A stretch of 64,000 nt of DNA. Origin: Bugula neritina (Eukaryota; Animalia; Bryozoa). Every line of letters starts with the position of its first letter. Positions within the stretch are counted from its first letter, which is position 1. This document shows, piece by piece, positions 24,001 to 39,000 of the stretch. The notes below the pieces were generated by a model, which saw nothing but the letters and a program-made list of their open reading frames with translations, was not told the origin of the DNA and did no database searches. The translations under genes and the position numbers were made by a program. The stretch is from positions 7,038,741 through 7,102,740 of the forward strand of contig OZ037768.1 of the NCBI GenBank assembly GCA_964035545.1, given 5' to 3'.

Positions 24001-27000
24001 CATATAGCATATGTATGTATGTATATAATGTATATATGCATTTATGTAATGTATGTATGTATGTATATAACAAATGTATGCTTTTATGTATATATGCATG
24101 TATGTATATAACATATATATGTATGTATATATATAATATGTATGTAATGTATGTATAGAAGATATGGATTTATGTATGTATGTATATAGCATATGCATAA
24201 ATGCATATGTTATGCAACCATCAACTCTGCTGAAATAGTAAATCACGGTGACAATTTACTCAAAACCCAAAGACTGTATGATTTTGGTATCATGAAACTG
24301 TTTAGGTTGTGCCTGTATCTACTGAGGAAACACCTTTAGCAGAGGTACCCAAGGAAGTTGGTGCACCTCCAAGGTTTACACAGCCAATCACGTCTATAGA
24401 TGCATGTGAGGGTGAAAAGGTGACATTTGAAGCTGTTATTACTGGCACCCCTGCTCCTCAAGTGAAATGGTTCAGAGAGAATGAAGAGTTGACCGCCTCT
24501 CTTGACTTCCAGGTTAGTTTAAGCTGGTATTTTATGCTCGAAATGTATGCAAGTTTCTAAGCACATGACTAATTAGGACTTCTACTGTTGAAATTCTATA
24601 GTCTGTGTTCTGTTTTGCAATGATATTTTATGTTTATGTCTATGTTTTCAGATAACGCAAGAAGAGGATATTCATCGACTCACAATTCCAGAAGTCTTCC
24701 CAGAAGATAGTGGGTTATTCATGTGCAGAGCAACCAACAGCTATGGTATCGCTGAATGTACAGCCGAACTGTATATAGAAGGTATTTTCAATTACACAGT
24801 TTCAGAGTCAGCTGAATCTGTCATAGAATGAGACTCAAACAGGTGTCCTACGAGCTCGAAGTGGTAGTATAGGAAGTGGGGCACATCTGGCTAAGATAGC
24901 TGATAGGTTGGCTGCTGATTAGCACTGCTCCTCAGAATGCCCTGTCAGTTCACACTAGCTATGTTTGTCATTCCATGCATGTCAAGGCAACACAGTGTGT
25001 GGTGATGTGCGTGAGGGATGAATGAGAGCCTGCGGAATGCTGTGTAACAGTCAGTTTTCCAATCAGATTTTCTTTAGAACCGTCGCGAGTGTTATGTTGA
25101 CATTGCAGTTTGTCAGTCAAGTTTCATGTTTTGATAAAATGCAATTTCAACATATTTTGCTTTTGAAAAATAAATCTGATATTGATGAGTCGTACGTGAT
25201 GAGTTCTATAATTTCTTGCTTTAAAGAACAGCTTGACCCTGCTTCTGTCCTTACTGAATAATGTGTTTTACTTCGTAGAAACCAGGTTAAATTTTTATAT
25301 GTCTGGATTATTTTTAGACATAATCTTGTTTTACATTTTCTCAACTTTTCACACTTATTATCACTCCTGTTAATCTATTCTCCTGTCAAGAACCCAGCCT
25401 TTGTTTTATGCTACTATTGTAGTTTTTATTTATTATTATGAAATATAATACCTTTTAAAATGATAATTTCACGAACATTTCCCTGTTTGCACCCCTTGTG
25501 TTTTTCAACTACATTAACAGGCTCGGGCTATTCCAACACATCTTGCATTTTCCTTTTTATGTTTGTATTGATGACGCTAACATTTATATTTTTCTGAAAA
25601 AGTTTGTGCTGTTGCTATTGGCATGATCTCTACAGCTATACCCTACTGGCTAGAACATTGAATGTATGACAAAACCACATCCTTGTCTCAGCTTGGTGTG
25701 CCCTATGCTTTCCTATCTATGCAAAAATATCATTCATCATTTGACAATACTAAATGTTTATAACCAGTTTTCTCTTCTTCCGAAGTATACATTTTATATT
25801 CAACCAGAGTGAGTGTTATATTCTAGAAAATCTAAATTCACAGTTATTTTTGTTCAATACGAGATGTGAGGAAATTCTTGCAAGTTGCTCCCATATCAAG
25901 TGTAGCTATACAGGCTAATAGCTTGATTAGAAACAAAACTAAAAGAGAGATTTTATTAACTTTTTTCTTCAAAAGGTTTCATTAAAAACTGATAGCATTT
26001 GTAACTTCCTTAATTTTCATAGCATCTATTAATGTTTTCCGCCAGTTGAATTATGCTTTAAAAAATTTCTAGTAATTGTGTTTTCTGCAGCAAAATTCCC
26101 ATCTTAGTTTTTGTTGACTTTAAAATGCAAAAAATACTCAATTGCCTTGCGCCAATTAGTGTTGGTGAGTTGTATTGTCAAATGCTGAAACTCAGTGTTT
26201 GCATGTTGGAGATAGTCACAGGTAGCATTGGTGGTGCAATGGAGGCTCTAATGCATCTTGAATTTGCTGTATGTAAGCTTTCTACGACATTATTACTTTG
26301 CATGTAAGTACGAGTATTTTTTCATAATTTATTTAATCTTTTGTTGTATTTGCTTAAAGTTTTCCACCCCATTCCCTAATGATAGGGGTTTTAAAGCAGG
26401 CTAAGGACTGTCTCTCTCTCACCATGTTATCAAAACAGTTTTAAGAGCCTGTGTTTTGAGCACAAGTACTATTATTGTCAGATGCCCTTCCTGGCATCAC
26501 CAATGGTCCTGTTGAACTTGAACTAGCTCACATGTGTCATTTTAGGCCAGCGCTCTAATTGCTAGAGCATGCCTCTTTTCTAATACTTCATATAAGTATG
26601 ACATACAAAGTAGATATTTAACTCTGTTTCCACTTTTGGTAATTATTTTATATACACTTTATTGCTCAAAATAATGAAAATGTGATTGTAGCACCGAAAC
26701 CAGAAACTGTAGAAAAAGAAGTAAAGATGCCCAGCTTTGAGAAGCCACTTGCTCCTACGACTACCATTTTGAGAGGAGAAACTGCACAGTATGTGATCAT
26801 AAGTTGTGCTAATTACCATGTTTTTAATATTCAAATTTTGTTTTTTTATGTGTGATTTACACACATTCTGTTCATATAATAAAAATAGACTCAATTTTTT
26901 ATCTGGTGCAGTATAATTCTCTGTTGCTTACTAAATCTGTCAAGTTTATGTTTTTTTGTCTTCTTTTTTGCCTTCGTTTTTGTTACTCTGCTGTGTGCTT

Positions 27001-30000
27001 GCTTTCAGCCTGTCTGTGGATGTGGAAGCATACCCTCCAGCTCGCCATACTTGGTTCTTTAATGGTAAACATATTCGCACAACTCATAAGTACATCATCA
27101 TTGAAGAAGAGCGCAGAATTACTTTGAAGGTGGTGAACGCTCAACCTGAAGATGGTGGTGAATATACCATCAAATTAGACAATGAGTACGGCGATGTTTC
27201 CTGTACCACAACACTGATCATACAGCGTAAGCATAGCTGCAACTTTAATAATACACTATTTATATGCATCACGCTGCGTATTAGTTTATGACACATTAGT
27301 TTAAATTTACATTAAAAATCTCAATAACCTCTACCGTATTATTCATCACCTATACTCATGCATGTTTGTGAATGTGCTAATCTGAATATGTATTCTCATA
27401 GCTACCCAAAAAGAGGTTCAGCTGCCAAAGGTACCCCGCATCGTGGACGTCACTCCAACTAATGTCACGGAATCCCATCTCACTACTCTGGATGTGCCCA
27501 TCAAGTTTATAAAGACCCTGTCACCTGAGCTTTACGCCAAACCCAAAGAGCAAGCTCTGTAAGTTGCTTTTTGTTTTATGCTTTGTAGTTGCCAGTTGAC
27601 TGTTAGTTTAGCGTTTGACGAGAATACGCAGTGGTTATGAACTGGTGCTAACATATAATGTCTATGAATAAATAAACCAAGGTGCGGGCTGTGTATGTTT
27701 AACTTCACTATTTGCCCAACATGTTTTATTTGTTGTGTAGGTTTGAGATTGAGTTGGAGAGAAAGCCCGATACGGTGCAGTGGTTTGTCAACAAGATGGA
27801 GATTCAACCATCTCCGAGATATGAAGTGAGGAGTTCTGACAACAAATCTCACTTACTTGTGCACAACCTCACTCCTGCTGACAGGTAATTTGATCTATTC
27901 ATGTGCTCCATATAAAAGAGACGCTGATGATAAAAAGTTAAATTGTCATTTCTATATTGCAATATGAAACATCATTGTACACTCCTTAATTGTTGACAAT
28001 GCACTACACATTATGTATGCAAGTAAATATCAGGTTATTGGCATTCTTTGTGTGCTTGTAATAGTAGCTGTTATATTGATTTGTTGGTAATCTATTTCTT
28101 GTAGTGGCGTGTATTCGGTTGAGGTAACCGTGGGAGAGCAGAGATTTGTTTCCTCCTGTCAGCTTTACATTGAAGATGATGTGCCATTAGATAGGCCTGA
28201 AGAGCAAACTCTACTACCTCGTTTTGTTGAAAAGCTTCAGGATATTGAGGTGGACGATGGGGAGGAAATTGCCATACAGGTATGACAACTTCATCTTTGC
28301 TACTGGTTGTAAAATACTCAAATAATATCTCATTTGCTGTTATAATGTAAGCTGGTAAAGTTTCTAAAAGAGTTTGCAATTATCTGAAGCATCTCACCAT
28401 GATTTGTGATTGATTCGTTATGTAGGTTAAAGTAATAGGACAGCCTGTGCCAGAGCTCTCCTGGTATTTAGATGACGAGAATATTGATAATAACGAGGAT
28501 GTTGTGATAACCTATGATAGGCAGACTGGGTTCTGTAAGCTCATCTTTGTTGATATTATGCCTGAGGATGCTGGCATTTACACGTGAGTCATTAAAATTA
28601 ATCCTAAAACATGCAAGATGTTTTATTTAACCACACAATCTGTGGTATTTTAGATTTAATCTACAATCTAAAAAGCTAATACCTGCAATTTCTGTATTTA
28701 TTGTAAATTGTACATAAGCAAAAATTTAATAAATCAAGTGAATGTGTGAAATTATTTATATATTATTATGAAATTCTTTATATAAATGTAAGTGTGCTCT
28801 TTTAATTTTATTTATTTCTACAAATAACAAATAGCATCACTGACTCAATTCAATGTATACATTTTAGCTGTATCGCTAGTAACCCAGTAGGTGAAGCTAA
28901 GACTGAATGTGAACTTAAAGTTCGACCTGCAGTTGTAACCACTGATATCACGCAACTCACTTCTGCTAAGCCTGGAGAAACAGAAAATGTTCAAACATCC
29001 ACAATTATCATTCAGCAAACTCCGTCGGAAATGACGACCTCTGTGAATCAGGTATCCACGACTATGTACCAGGAGAGCCAGGATTCTACTGATACTTCAC
29101 AGGTATACAACTTAGTCAACAGTTGTTGACAAACTTCTACTTAAAATCTGTCAGTGGAAATTTTCTTACAGTAAATTTATGAGTTAGCAAAAATCAGAGC
29201 CTAAGGTCAACATTCAACTTGCGAGTTATTTTTCTGCCGCTTCAATATGTTTGTGATAAATGTTTATTGATAGTTTGCATTACCTTGGCTTCTATATATA
29301 GGTAGTTGAAAGCAGTGTTGTCCCTGAACTCGCGAAGCCGCGTCCGTCTAAGCTTAATGAATTACCCTGTGAACCTGTTCCCACGCTTACTGTTGAAGAT
29401 TCTGTCGATATTGCTTTATCCTTGTCAACTCAGCCACTTGTTGCTGAAGATTATATTTCTTATGAATCACATCAGGATAATGAGATTGCTGCTGAAGAGG
29501 CCATTGTTCCTCAAAGGAAGCTTGTACAAAAATCTCCAATAACTAGTGATGAGCATGTATGTTGTCATTTCAATGTTAGGTTAATTTTGTATGTTTTTTT
29601 TGATATTCTAACTACAGTTTTAAATTGATTCAAATTACAAGCAATGAGCTTTTATGATCCCTAATATTATTAGCTGCTTTTCATCTTTCAGTTATACGAA
29701 TCTGTGTTTGATCAGAACATCCTGCCCAGTGTGTTCCCTGCATGGTTTATTTATATGTGATCACCCTGAGTTATTGTAATTCCCTCTAGGAAGTTTCTCC
29801 CATTGCCGGTTATCCCAAGCAAACAAACTCACTTGACACAATTGTCATCAATGTGAGAAAAGAATCTCTTCAAAAATCAAGCACCATCAATAAACCTGTA
29901 TCCCAAGATGATAGTCTTACTCCGAAGGAAGCATTGCTATCAGCATCGAATTTAGAAATTTCTCAAAACTCATGGCTCGCAAATGAACCAGAAAAACAGC

Positions 30001-33000
30001 AATCTACTGAAGATGTTGCACCAACTCCTGAAATATCTATGGTTTTGCCAGAAGAGAAACCAGAAAGCAAGGTGGAAGTTGAAACACTTTCTTCAGTAGA
30101 ACTTTTAGAAGAATTGGTTCCTTCAGCACAAGAGCCAGAAAAGCAGCAAACTGCTGAAGATGTTACACCAACTCCTGAGATGTCTGCTGTTTTGAAAGAA
30201 GAGAAACCAGAAAGCAAGGTGGAAGTTGAAACACTTCCTTCAGTAGAACTATTGGAAGAATCAGTTTCTTCAGCACAAGAGCCAGAAAAACAGCAATCCT
30301 CTGAAGATGTTTCACCAACTCCTGAAACATCTACTGTTTTGCCAGAAGATACGCCAGAATGTAAGGTGGAAGTTGAAACACTTGCTTCGGTAGAACCTTT
30401 AGAAGAATTAGTTCCTTCAGCACAAGAGCTTGAAAAGCAGCAACCTGCTGAAGATCTTACACCAACTCCTGAGATGTCTGCTGTTTCACAAGAAGAGAAA
30501 CCAGAAAGCAAGGTGGAAGTTGAAATACTTCCTTCAGTAGAACCATTGGAAGAATCAGTTCCAATACTAAAGGAACCAGGAAAACAGCAATCTTCTGAAG
30601 ATGTCACACCAACTCCTGAGATGTCTGCTGTTTCACAAGAAGAGAAACCAGAAAGCAAGGTGGAAGTTGAAATACTTTCTTCAGTAGAACCATTGGAAGA
30701 ATCGGTTTCTATAGTAAAGGAGCCAGAAAAACAGCAATTATCTGAAGATGTTGCACCAACTCCTGAAATATCTGCTGTTCTGCCAGAAGATGCACTGGAA
30801 AGTCAGGTAGTCATTGAGACGCTTCCTTCAGTAGAACCATTGGAAGAATCGGTTTCTATAGTAAAGGAGCCAGAAAAACAGCAATTATCTGAAGATGTTG
30901 CACCAACTCCTGAAATATCTGCTGTTCTGCCAGAAGATGCACTGGAAAGTCAGGTAGTCATTGAGACGCTTCCTTCAGTAGAACCATTGGAAGAATCAGT
31001 TTCTCTAGTAAAAGAGCCAGTAAAACAGCAATTATCTGAAGATGTTGCACCAACTCCTGAAATATCTATGGTTTTGCCAGAAGATACACCAGAAAGCAAG
31101 GTGAAAGTTGAAACACTTCCTTCAATAAAACCTTTAGAAGAATTGGTTCCTTCAGCACAAGAGCCAGTAAAACAGCAATTATCTGAAGATGTTGCACCAA
31201 CTCCTGAAATATCTATGGTTTTGCCAGAAGAGAAACTAGAAAGCAAGGTGGAAGTTGAAATACTTGCTTCCGTAGAACCTTTAGAAGAATTGGTTCCTTC
31301 AACACAAGAGCCTGAAAAGCAGCAACCTGCTGAAGATGTTACACCAACTCCTGAAATATCTGCTGTTCTGCCAGAAGATGCACTGGAAAGTCAGATAGAC
31401 ATTGAAACACTTCCTTCAGTAGAACCATTGGAAGAATCAGTTTCTCTAGTAAAGGAGCCAGTAAAACAGCAATTATCTGAAGATGTTGCACCAACTCCTG
31501 AAATATCTATGGTTTTGCCAGAAGATACGCCAGAAAGTAAGGTAGATGTTGAAACACTTCCTTCTGTAGAACCTTTCGATAAACAACAGATTTTGTCTTC
31601 AGAAATCACAGAAGATTTGGAGTCTACTTGTTCACTCGAAATTGTACTGGAAAATGACGCTGGTTTCAAAGTTTTCAATGAACAATATACACAGTCAATG
31701 TCATTTGAGGTAGAAAATTTTCAGCCCTCACCAATTATTTTTCAGTCGCAAAACATGGTTGATATCGAGGAGCAAATGTCAGCTGAGTTTAGAAGTTTGA
31801 GCACAGATCGCACTAGTCTAATTGATGATAAGGAAGCAAGCCCTGGGAAACTCACATTTGATGTAACTCTCCAAGATAAGCCTATTTCAACTACAATAGC
31901 TAGCAGCTTCGAAGATGCAATCATTGATATTCCACAACTTAGCAGTATTTCACAGAGGCTTTCAACTATTGAAAAAGAAGCAGAGTTGCTTGTCCATGAA
32001 GTCATTCCTGCAGCTTTAGCTACACTTGGCAGTTCCTTGTTAGAAGATGATTTCCATGATAGCTTAGTCACCCAAGATTATTCAACTTATTCATTACTTC
32101 AGACTGATTCTGAACATGAGCGTTATACTTCCGAGCACGTCATCACACTTTCTGAAGAGATGCATTTTGAAGACATAGAAAATAGCACAATAGGAAAAAG
32201 GGATTCAACTGATGGTAGTTTTGAAATTGTTGAAGTACTATCAGATGATGAAGCTTTTGAGATTGTAGACGCTCCAAACTTGTCCTCTAGCACATATGAA
32301 ATTACTGACTCTGAAGATGAACCAACATTTTTTAAAACTCAAGATATGGCAACATCAACTATGGTAAACCACTTATTTCAAGCAAATTATTAGTGTGAAA
32401 TTTTTCCCATGTTGCCCACTATTCTGCTTGTCCTTGAACCTCTTGTGAACCTCCTAGTTTGTTTCCAACCATTCCTGCGTCTTTTGTTTTTGTAGTAATC
32501 ACATTTTTTTAGTTAGTGGATGTATTATATTTGTTTATGACTTTGTCTTTCAGTTACATGATGTACCAAAGGCTGAAGTTATTCAAAGAATGCCTGATTC
32601 TTCAGTCAGTGAAGTTGTTGCAGAGCATCAGTATATTGTAGAATTTGAGGATGAATTTATGAATTTGTCTCCCCCGAGGATTATAGAACCTTTGCAGCCA
32701 GCAGCCGTACTAGAAGGTATATAAATACTTATTCTATGCATTGCTATCAATGAAGAATAGCGTTAAAATATTGAAATAGTCATGTTTCAGCTCTGCTTAT
32801 GGAGTCCAAAACTCTATCTTCAAGATTTAAAGCTGTAGTTAGTATTACTTTCTAAACACTGTTGCTTCTTTAGTAATACAGTGTTTAAAGTCTATCTTTT
32901 ATTTGCTGATGACAGATAACTATGTTGAATGCACCCAATTGATAATTAGTGTTCCTAAATTTAGAATTTTCTCAATTAGTCTTAATGAAAACCGAGATAT

Positions 33001-36000
33001 TGTATTGTAGGTGAAAATGCTACGTTCACCTGTACTATAACTGGAGAGCCAACCCCTGATGTGCACTGGTTTGTCAATGACAGGGAACTCTGCAATACAG
33101 ATCGAATTTTCATTGACTTTGAAAATGGCGTCTGTACCATGCAAATTACTCATGTCACTTCTCAAGATGAAGCTGTTTATGTTTTGGAGGCCAGCAACAA
33201 AGTAGGAAAAGCTACTGTCTCAGCAAATCTGGTTATATTGTGTAAGTGAATGTTATTTTTAATTTCATGCTACACTTTCTTTTCTATTTATTGGATTTAA
33301 AACTGTATATTTTTATAATTTATTGCTGCTAAAACAATCTTCTTTTATTTTAAGCACCAGACACAATTGTGGAAAGCTCAACCACTACAGTAACCAGAAG
33401 GCAACAAGACTTCGTTATTAGTGGTGACCAAATAACTGAAAGTAGCATAGAAGATTCCAGCATGGGACCCATGTTTGTTCAACCATTACCAGGAAGTGTT
33501 GAAGTTGAAGAGAATTCTACTGTCAAGTAAGACATTCACCTATAGTGCTTATTTAAACTGATAAATCTAAACTTTATATTATTATTATGAGTTTAGCTGT
33601 AAATTTAAACTTTAGCCTTACATTTAGATTTCTCTGTAGTTTTGGACCTATATCTATTTATGTGAATCAGACTGTTTCATTTGTACTTATCATTAACTGT
33701 TGTACAGTACTTGCATCAATTTTAAAATTACAATTATTAAATGATAGCAAATTTTTTATAGTGACGTCAGTAGTAAGCCATTGTAAAGTTTTCATTAACC
33801 AATCAATTACTGGTCAGGCATGTCAGGCAAATTATTGCTTTGCATGTGTTTATAATGTTTTTCAGGTTAACAGTTTAAAGCAAATTTAATCGTCTATTTA
33901 AAATCAGCCAGTAAACTATATTGCATTGACCAAATTTATTACACGAAGTTGAATAAATTTCTCTGAAGCTAATTAAGTTACTATCTCCATGCTGCATATT
34001 TTTAGATTTAAGCCTATTAGGATATAAAATTTAAGGCAGTAATATTTTAGTATCGTTTAACTCTTATTTGCCTAAATAGCTTTGTCATTAAAGTAATTGA
34101 ATGTGAAACAAAAAAATAAAGTTTCCACATTTCTTAGATTGCCATGCAAGGTTACTGGAGTCCCAATGCCAACATTACAATGGTATCACAATGAAGTCCT
34201 TCTTCAGCCTAGACCAAACATCAACATCACCATAGATCAACAGTCTGGAGAAAGTTTCCTAGAAATTATTCGGGTGTCCAAAGCTGAAACTGGGTCGTAT
34301 CAAGTTGTAGCCAAGAACAGCAGTGGATTCTCAACCTCCACATGCATTATTACATTAAAATGTGAGTGGCTTGATTATTAAGGTTTTGTGTTTATATTAT
34401 GGCTTGATAAAGATTTAAGTTGACTTGACCTTTGAGTTCATTTTCTGTTGCTTGGAAACAATATTAATGTGCTATTGAGTCTGATGAGTATAAAAAATCC
34501 ACCTTTTCATTTGTCTCCAGTTACAATTTTAATTTATTTGCAGCCACTAAAACAAAACAGACCGTCACCGAGAAGTTTTCAACCACAGTTCGAGGGGGTG
34601 AAACAGTTACAACTAAAACTCTAACTACAACGGTTGATGGCGTAACTGAAACTCAAACAATGGTAACCAGCAGTAAAGACAAACCTGATGGTTATGTACA
34701 AGATGAATGTGAAGATGATACTCCCATTTCCAAAGAAATACTAAAAGAGGAAGCTTCTCTTTATATCCAAGTTGAAAGCCGACAAAAACAAGTTACTCAA
34801 GAACCCGTTGAGCAGATACCTAAAGTAGTAGAGTCAACTGCACCTACTTTGCAAATAGAGGAGATTCAGACAGGTACTGAAGAACTAGAAGCGACAACTC
34901 CTGAAAACTTTATGACTAGTGTGTCTGAAGTTACTGTATTACAAACTGAACAGTCTACTCAACCTCAGACAGAACAAAGCACAGTTGTTACAGAATTGAC
35001 ACAGACTGTCACACGTACAACACAAGTTGAGGAAAGACCTGTTGTGCCTGATAGTAGACTTACTGCATTGCAAGCTGATGAAGTGGTGTTTGAGGAATCT
35101 GTACCAAAGACACAAGAGCAAGCTACACCAATGACAGAACTGATGGAACCTGTTGTCGAAACTGAAGAACAGCTTACGGTGACAAATGTTTCTGAGGCTA
35201 CAATAGTAGAGAGTGACAAAGTGCCTTTGGAGCAATCTGTTCAAGAACTCCAACCACAAAAGACTCAACCAACAGAGTTACACTCAACTACAGCAGAAGT
35301 TGAGGAAATACCAGCTGTGACTGATAGTATACCTACTGCATCACAAGCTGACAAAGTGGTGTTTGAGGAAGCTGTACCAAAAACACAAGAGCAAGCTACA
35401 CCAATGACAGAACTGATGGAATCTGTTGTCGAAACTGAAGAACAGCTTACGGTGACAAATGTTTCTGAGGCTACAATAGTAGAGAGTGACAAAGTGCCTT
35501 TGGAGCAATCTGTTCAAGAACTCCAACCACAAAAGACTCAACCAACAGAGTTACACTCAACTACAGCAGAAGTTGAAGAAGTACCAGCTGTGACTGATAG
35601 TAAACCTACTGCATCACAAGCTGACGAAGTGGTGTTTGAGGAATCTGTACCAAAGAAGCAAGAACAATCCACACCAATGACAGAATTGATGGAACCTGTT
35701 GTAGAAACTGAAGAACAGCTTACGGTGACAAAAGTTTCTGAAGCTAAAGTTTTAGAGAGTGACAAAGTGCCTTTAGAGCAATCTGTTCAAGAAATTGAAC
35801 TGCAAACTACCCAACCAACAGATCTCCAGACTTATACAGTAGAAGTTGAGGAAATTCCAGCTGTGACTGATAGTAAACCTACTGCATCACAAGCTGAAAA
35901 AGTGGTGTTTGAGGAATCTGTACCAAAGAAGCAAGAACAATCCACACCAATGACAGAATTGATGGAGCCTGTTGTAGAAACTGAAGAACAGATTACAGTG

Positions 36001-39000
36001 ACAGACATTTCTGAAGCTAAAGTATTAGAGAGTGACAAAGTGTCTTTGGAGCAATCTGTTCAAGAAGTTGAACTGCAAAATACCCAACCAACAGATCTCC
36101 AGACTTCTACAGTAGAAGTTGAGGAAATTCCAGCTGTGACTGATAGCAAACCTACTGCATCGCAAGCTGACGAAGTGGTGTTTGAGGAAACTGTATCAAA
36201 GACACAAGAGCAAGCTACACCAATGACAGAACTGATGGAACCTGTTGTCGAAACTGAAGAACAGCTTACGGTGACAAATGTTTCTGAGGCTACAATAGTA
36301 GAGAATGACAAGGTGCCTTTGGAACAATCTGTTCAAGAAATTGAACTGCAAACTACCCAACCAACAGAGCTCCAGACTTATACAGTAGAAGTTGAGGAAG
36401 TACCAGCTGTGACTGATAGTAAACCTGCTGCATCGCAAGCTGACGAAGTGGTGTTTGAGGAAACTGTACCAAAGAAGCAAGAACAATCCACACCAATGAC
36501 AGAATTGATGGAACCTGTTGTCGAAACTGAAGAACAGATTACAGTGACAGACATTTCTGAAGCTAAAGTTTTAGAGAGTGACAAAGTATCTTTGGAGCAA
36601 TCTGTTCAAGAAGTTGAACTGCAAAATACCCAACCAACAGATCTCCAGACTTCTATAGTAGAAGTTGAGGAAATTCCAGCTGTGACTGATAGTAAACCTG
36701 CTGCATCGCAAGCTGATGAAGTGGTGTTTGAGGAATCTGTATCAAAGACACAAGAGCAAGCTACACCAATGACAGAACTGATGGAACCTGTTGTAGAAAC
36801 TGAAGAACAGCTGATGGTGACAAAAGTTTCTGAGGCTACAATAGTAGAGAGTGACAAAGTGCCTTTGGAGCAATCTGTTCAAGAACTCCAATCGCAAAAT
36901 GCTCAACCAACAGAGTTACACTCAATTACAGCAGAAGTTGAAGAAGTACCAGCTGTGACTGATAGTAAACCTACTGCATCGGGAGCTGACGAAGTGGTGT
37001 TTGAGGAATCTGTACCAAAGAAGCAAGAACAATCCACACCAATGACAGAATTGATGGAACCTGTTGTAGAAACTGAAGAACAGCATGCGGTGACAAATGT
37101 TTCTGAGGCTACAATAGTAGAGAGTGACAAAGTGCCTTTGGAGCAATCTGTTCAAGAACTCCAACCACAAAAGACTCAACCAACAGAGTTACACTCAACT
37201 ACAGCAGAAGTTGAAGAAGTACCAACTGTGACTGATAGTAAACCTACTGCATCGGGAGCTGACGAAGTGGTGTTTGAGGAATCTGTACCAAAGAAGCAAG
37301 AACAATCCACACCAATGACAGAATTGATGGAACCTGTTGTAGAAACTGAAGAACAGCATGCGGTGACAAATGTTTCTGAGGCTACAATAGTAGAGAGTGA
37401 CAAGGTGCCTTTGGAACAATCTGTTCAAGAAATTGAACTGCAAACTACCCAACCAACAGATCTCCAGACTTCTACAGTAGAAGTTGAAGAAGTACCAGCT
37501 GTGACTGATAGTAAACCTACTGCATCGGAAGCTGACGAAGTGGTGTTTGAGGAATCTGTACCAAAGAAGCAAGAACAATCCACACCAATGACAGAATTGA
37601 TGGAACCTGTTGTCGAAACTGAAGAACAGATTACAGTGACAGACATTTCTGAAGCTACAGTAGTAGAGAGTGACAAAGTGCCTTTGGAACAATCTGTTCA
37701 AGAACTCCAACCACAAAAGACTCAACCAACAGAGTTACACTCAACTACAGCAGAAGTTGAGGAAATACCAGCTGTGACTGATAGTATACCTACTGCATCG
37801 CAAGCTGACGAAGTGGTGTTTGAGGAATCTGTACCAAAGAAGCAAGAACAATCCACACCAATGACAGAATTGATGGAACCTGTTGTCGAAACTGAAGAAC
37901 AGCATACGGTGACAAATGTTTCTGAGGCTACAATAGTAGAGAGTGACAAAGTGCCTTTGGAACAATCTGTTCAAGAAATTGAACTGCAAACTACCCAACC
38001 AACTGATCTCCAGACTTATACAGTAGAAGTTGAAGAAGTACCAGCTGTGACTGATAGTAAACCTACTGCATCGCAAGCTGACGAAGTGGTGTTTGAGGAA
38101 TCTGTACCAAAGAAGCAAGAACAATCCACACCAATGACAGAATTGATGGAACCTGTTGTCGAAACTGAAGAACAGATTACAGTGACAGACATTTCTGAAG
38201 CTACAGTAGTAGAGAGTGACAAAGTGCCTTTGGAACAATCTGTTCAAGAACTCCAACCACAAAAGACTCAACCAACAGAGTTACACTCAACTACAGCAGA
38301 AGTTGAGGAAATACCAGCTGTGACTGATAGTATACCTACTGCATCGCAAGCTGACGAAGTGGTGTTTGAGGAATCTGTACCAAAGAAGCAAGAACAATCC
38401 ACACCAATGACAGAATTGATGGAACCTGTTGTCGAAACTGAAGAACAGCATACGGTGACAAATGTTTCTGAGGCTACAATAGTAGAGAGTGACAAAGTGC
38501 CTTTGGAACAATCTGTTCAAGAAATTGAACTGCAAACTACCCAACCAACTGATCTCCAGACTTATACAGTAGAAGTTGAAGAAGTACCAGCTGTGACTGA
38601 TAGTAAACCTACTGCATCGCAAGCTGACGAAGTGGTGTTTGAGGAATCTGTACCAAAGAAGCAAGAACAATCCACACCAATGACAGAATTGATGGAACCT
38701 GTTGTCGAAACTGAAGAACAGATTACAGTGACAGACATTTCTGAAGCTAAAGTATTAGAGAGTGACAAAGTATCTTTGGAGAAATCTGTTCAAGAAGTTG
38801 AACTGCAAAATACCCAACCATCAGATCTCCAGACTTCTACAGTAGAAGTTGAGGAAATTCCAGCTGTGACTGATAGCAAACCTGCTGCATCGCAAGCTGA
38901 CGAAGTGGTGTTTCAGGAAGCTGTACCAAAGACACAAGAGCAAGCTACACCAATGACAGAACTGATGGAACCTGTTGTCGAAACTGAAGAACAGCTTACG

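Noticed and set aside
23818-24246. Minus-strand Y/I/H/T-rich ORFs
   Set aside because: Translation of the (TATG)n microsatellite
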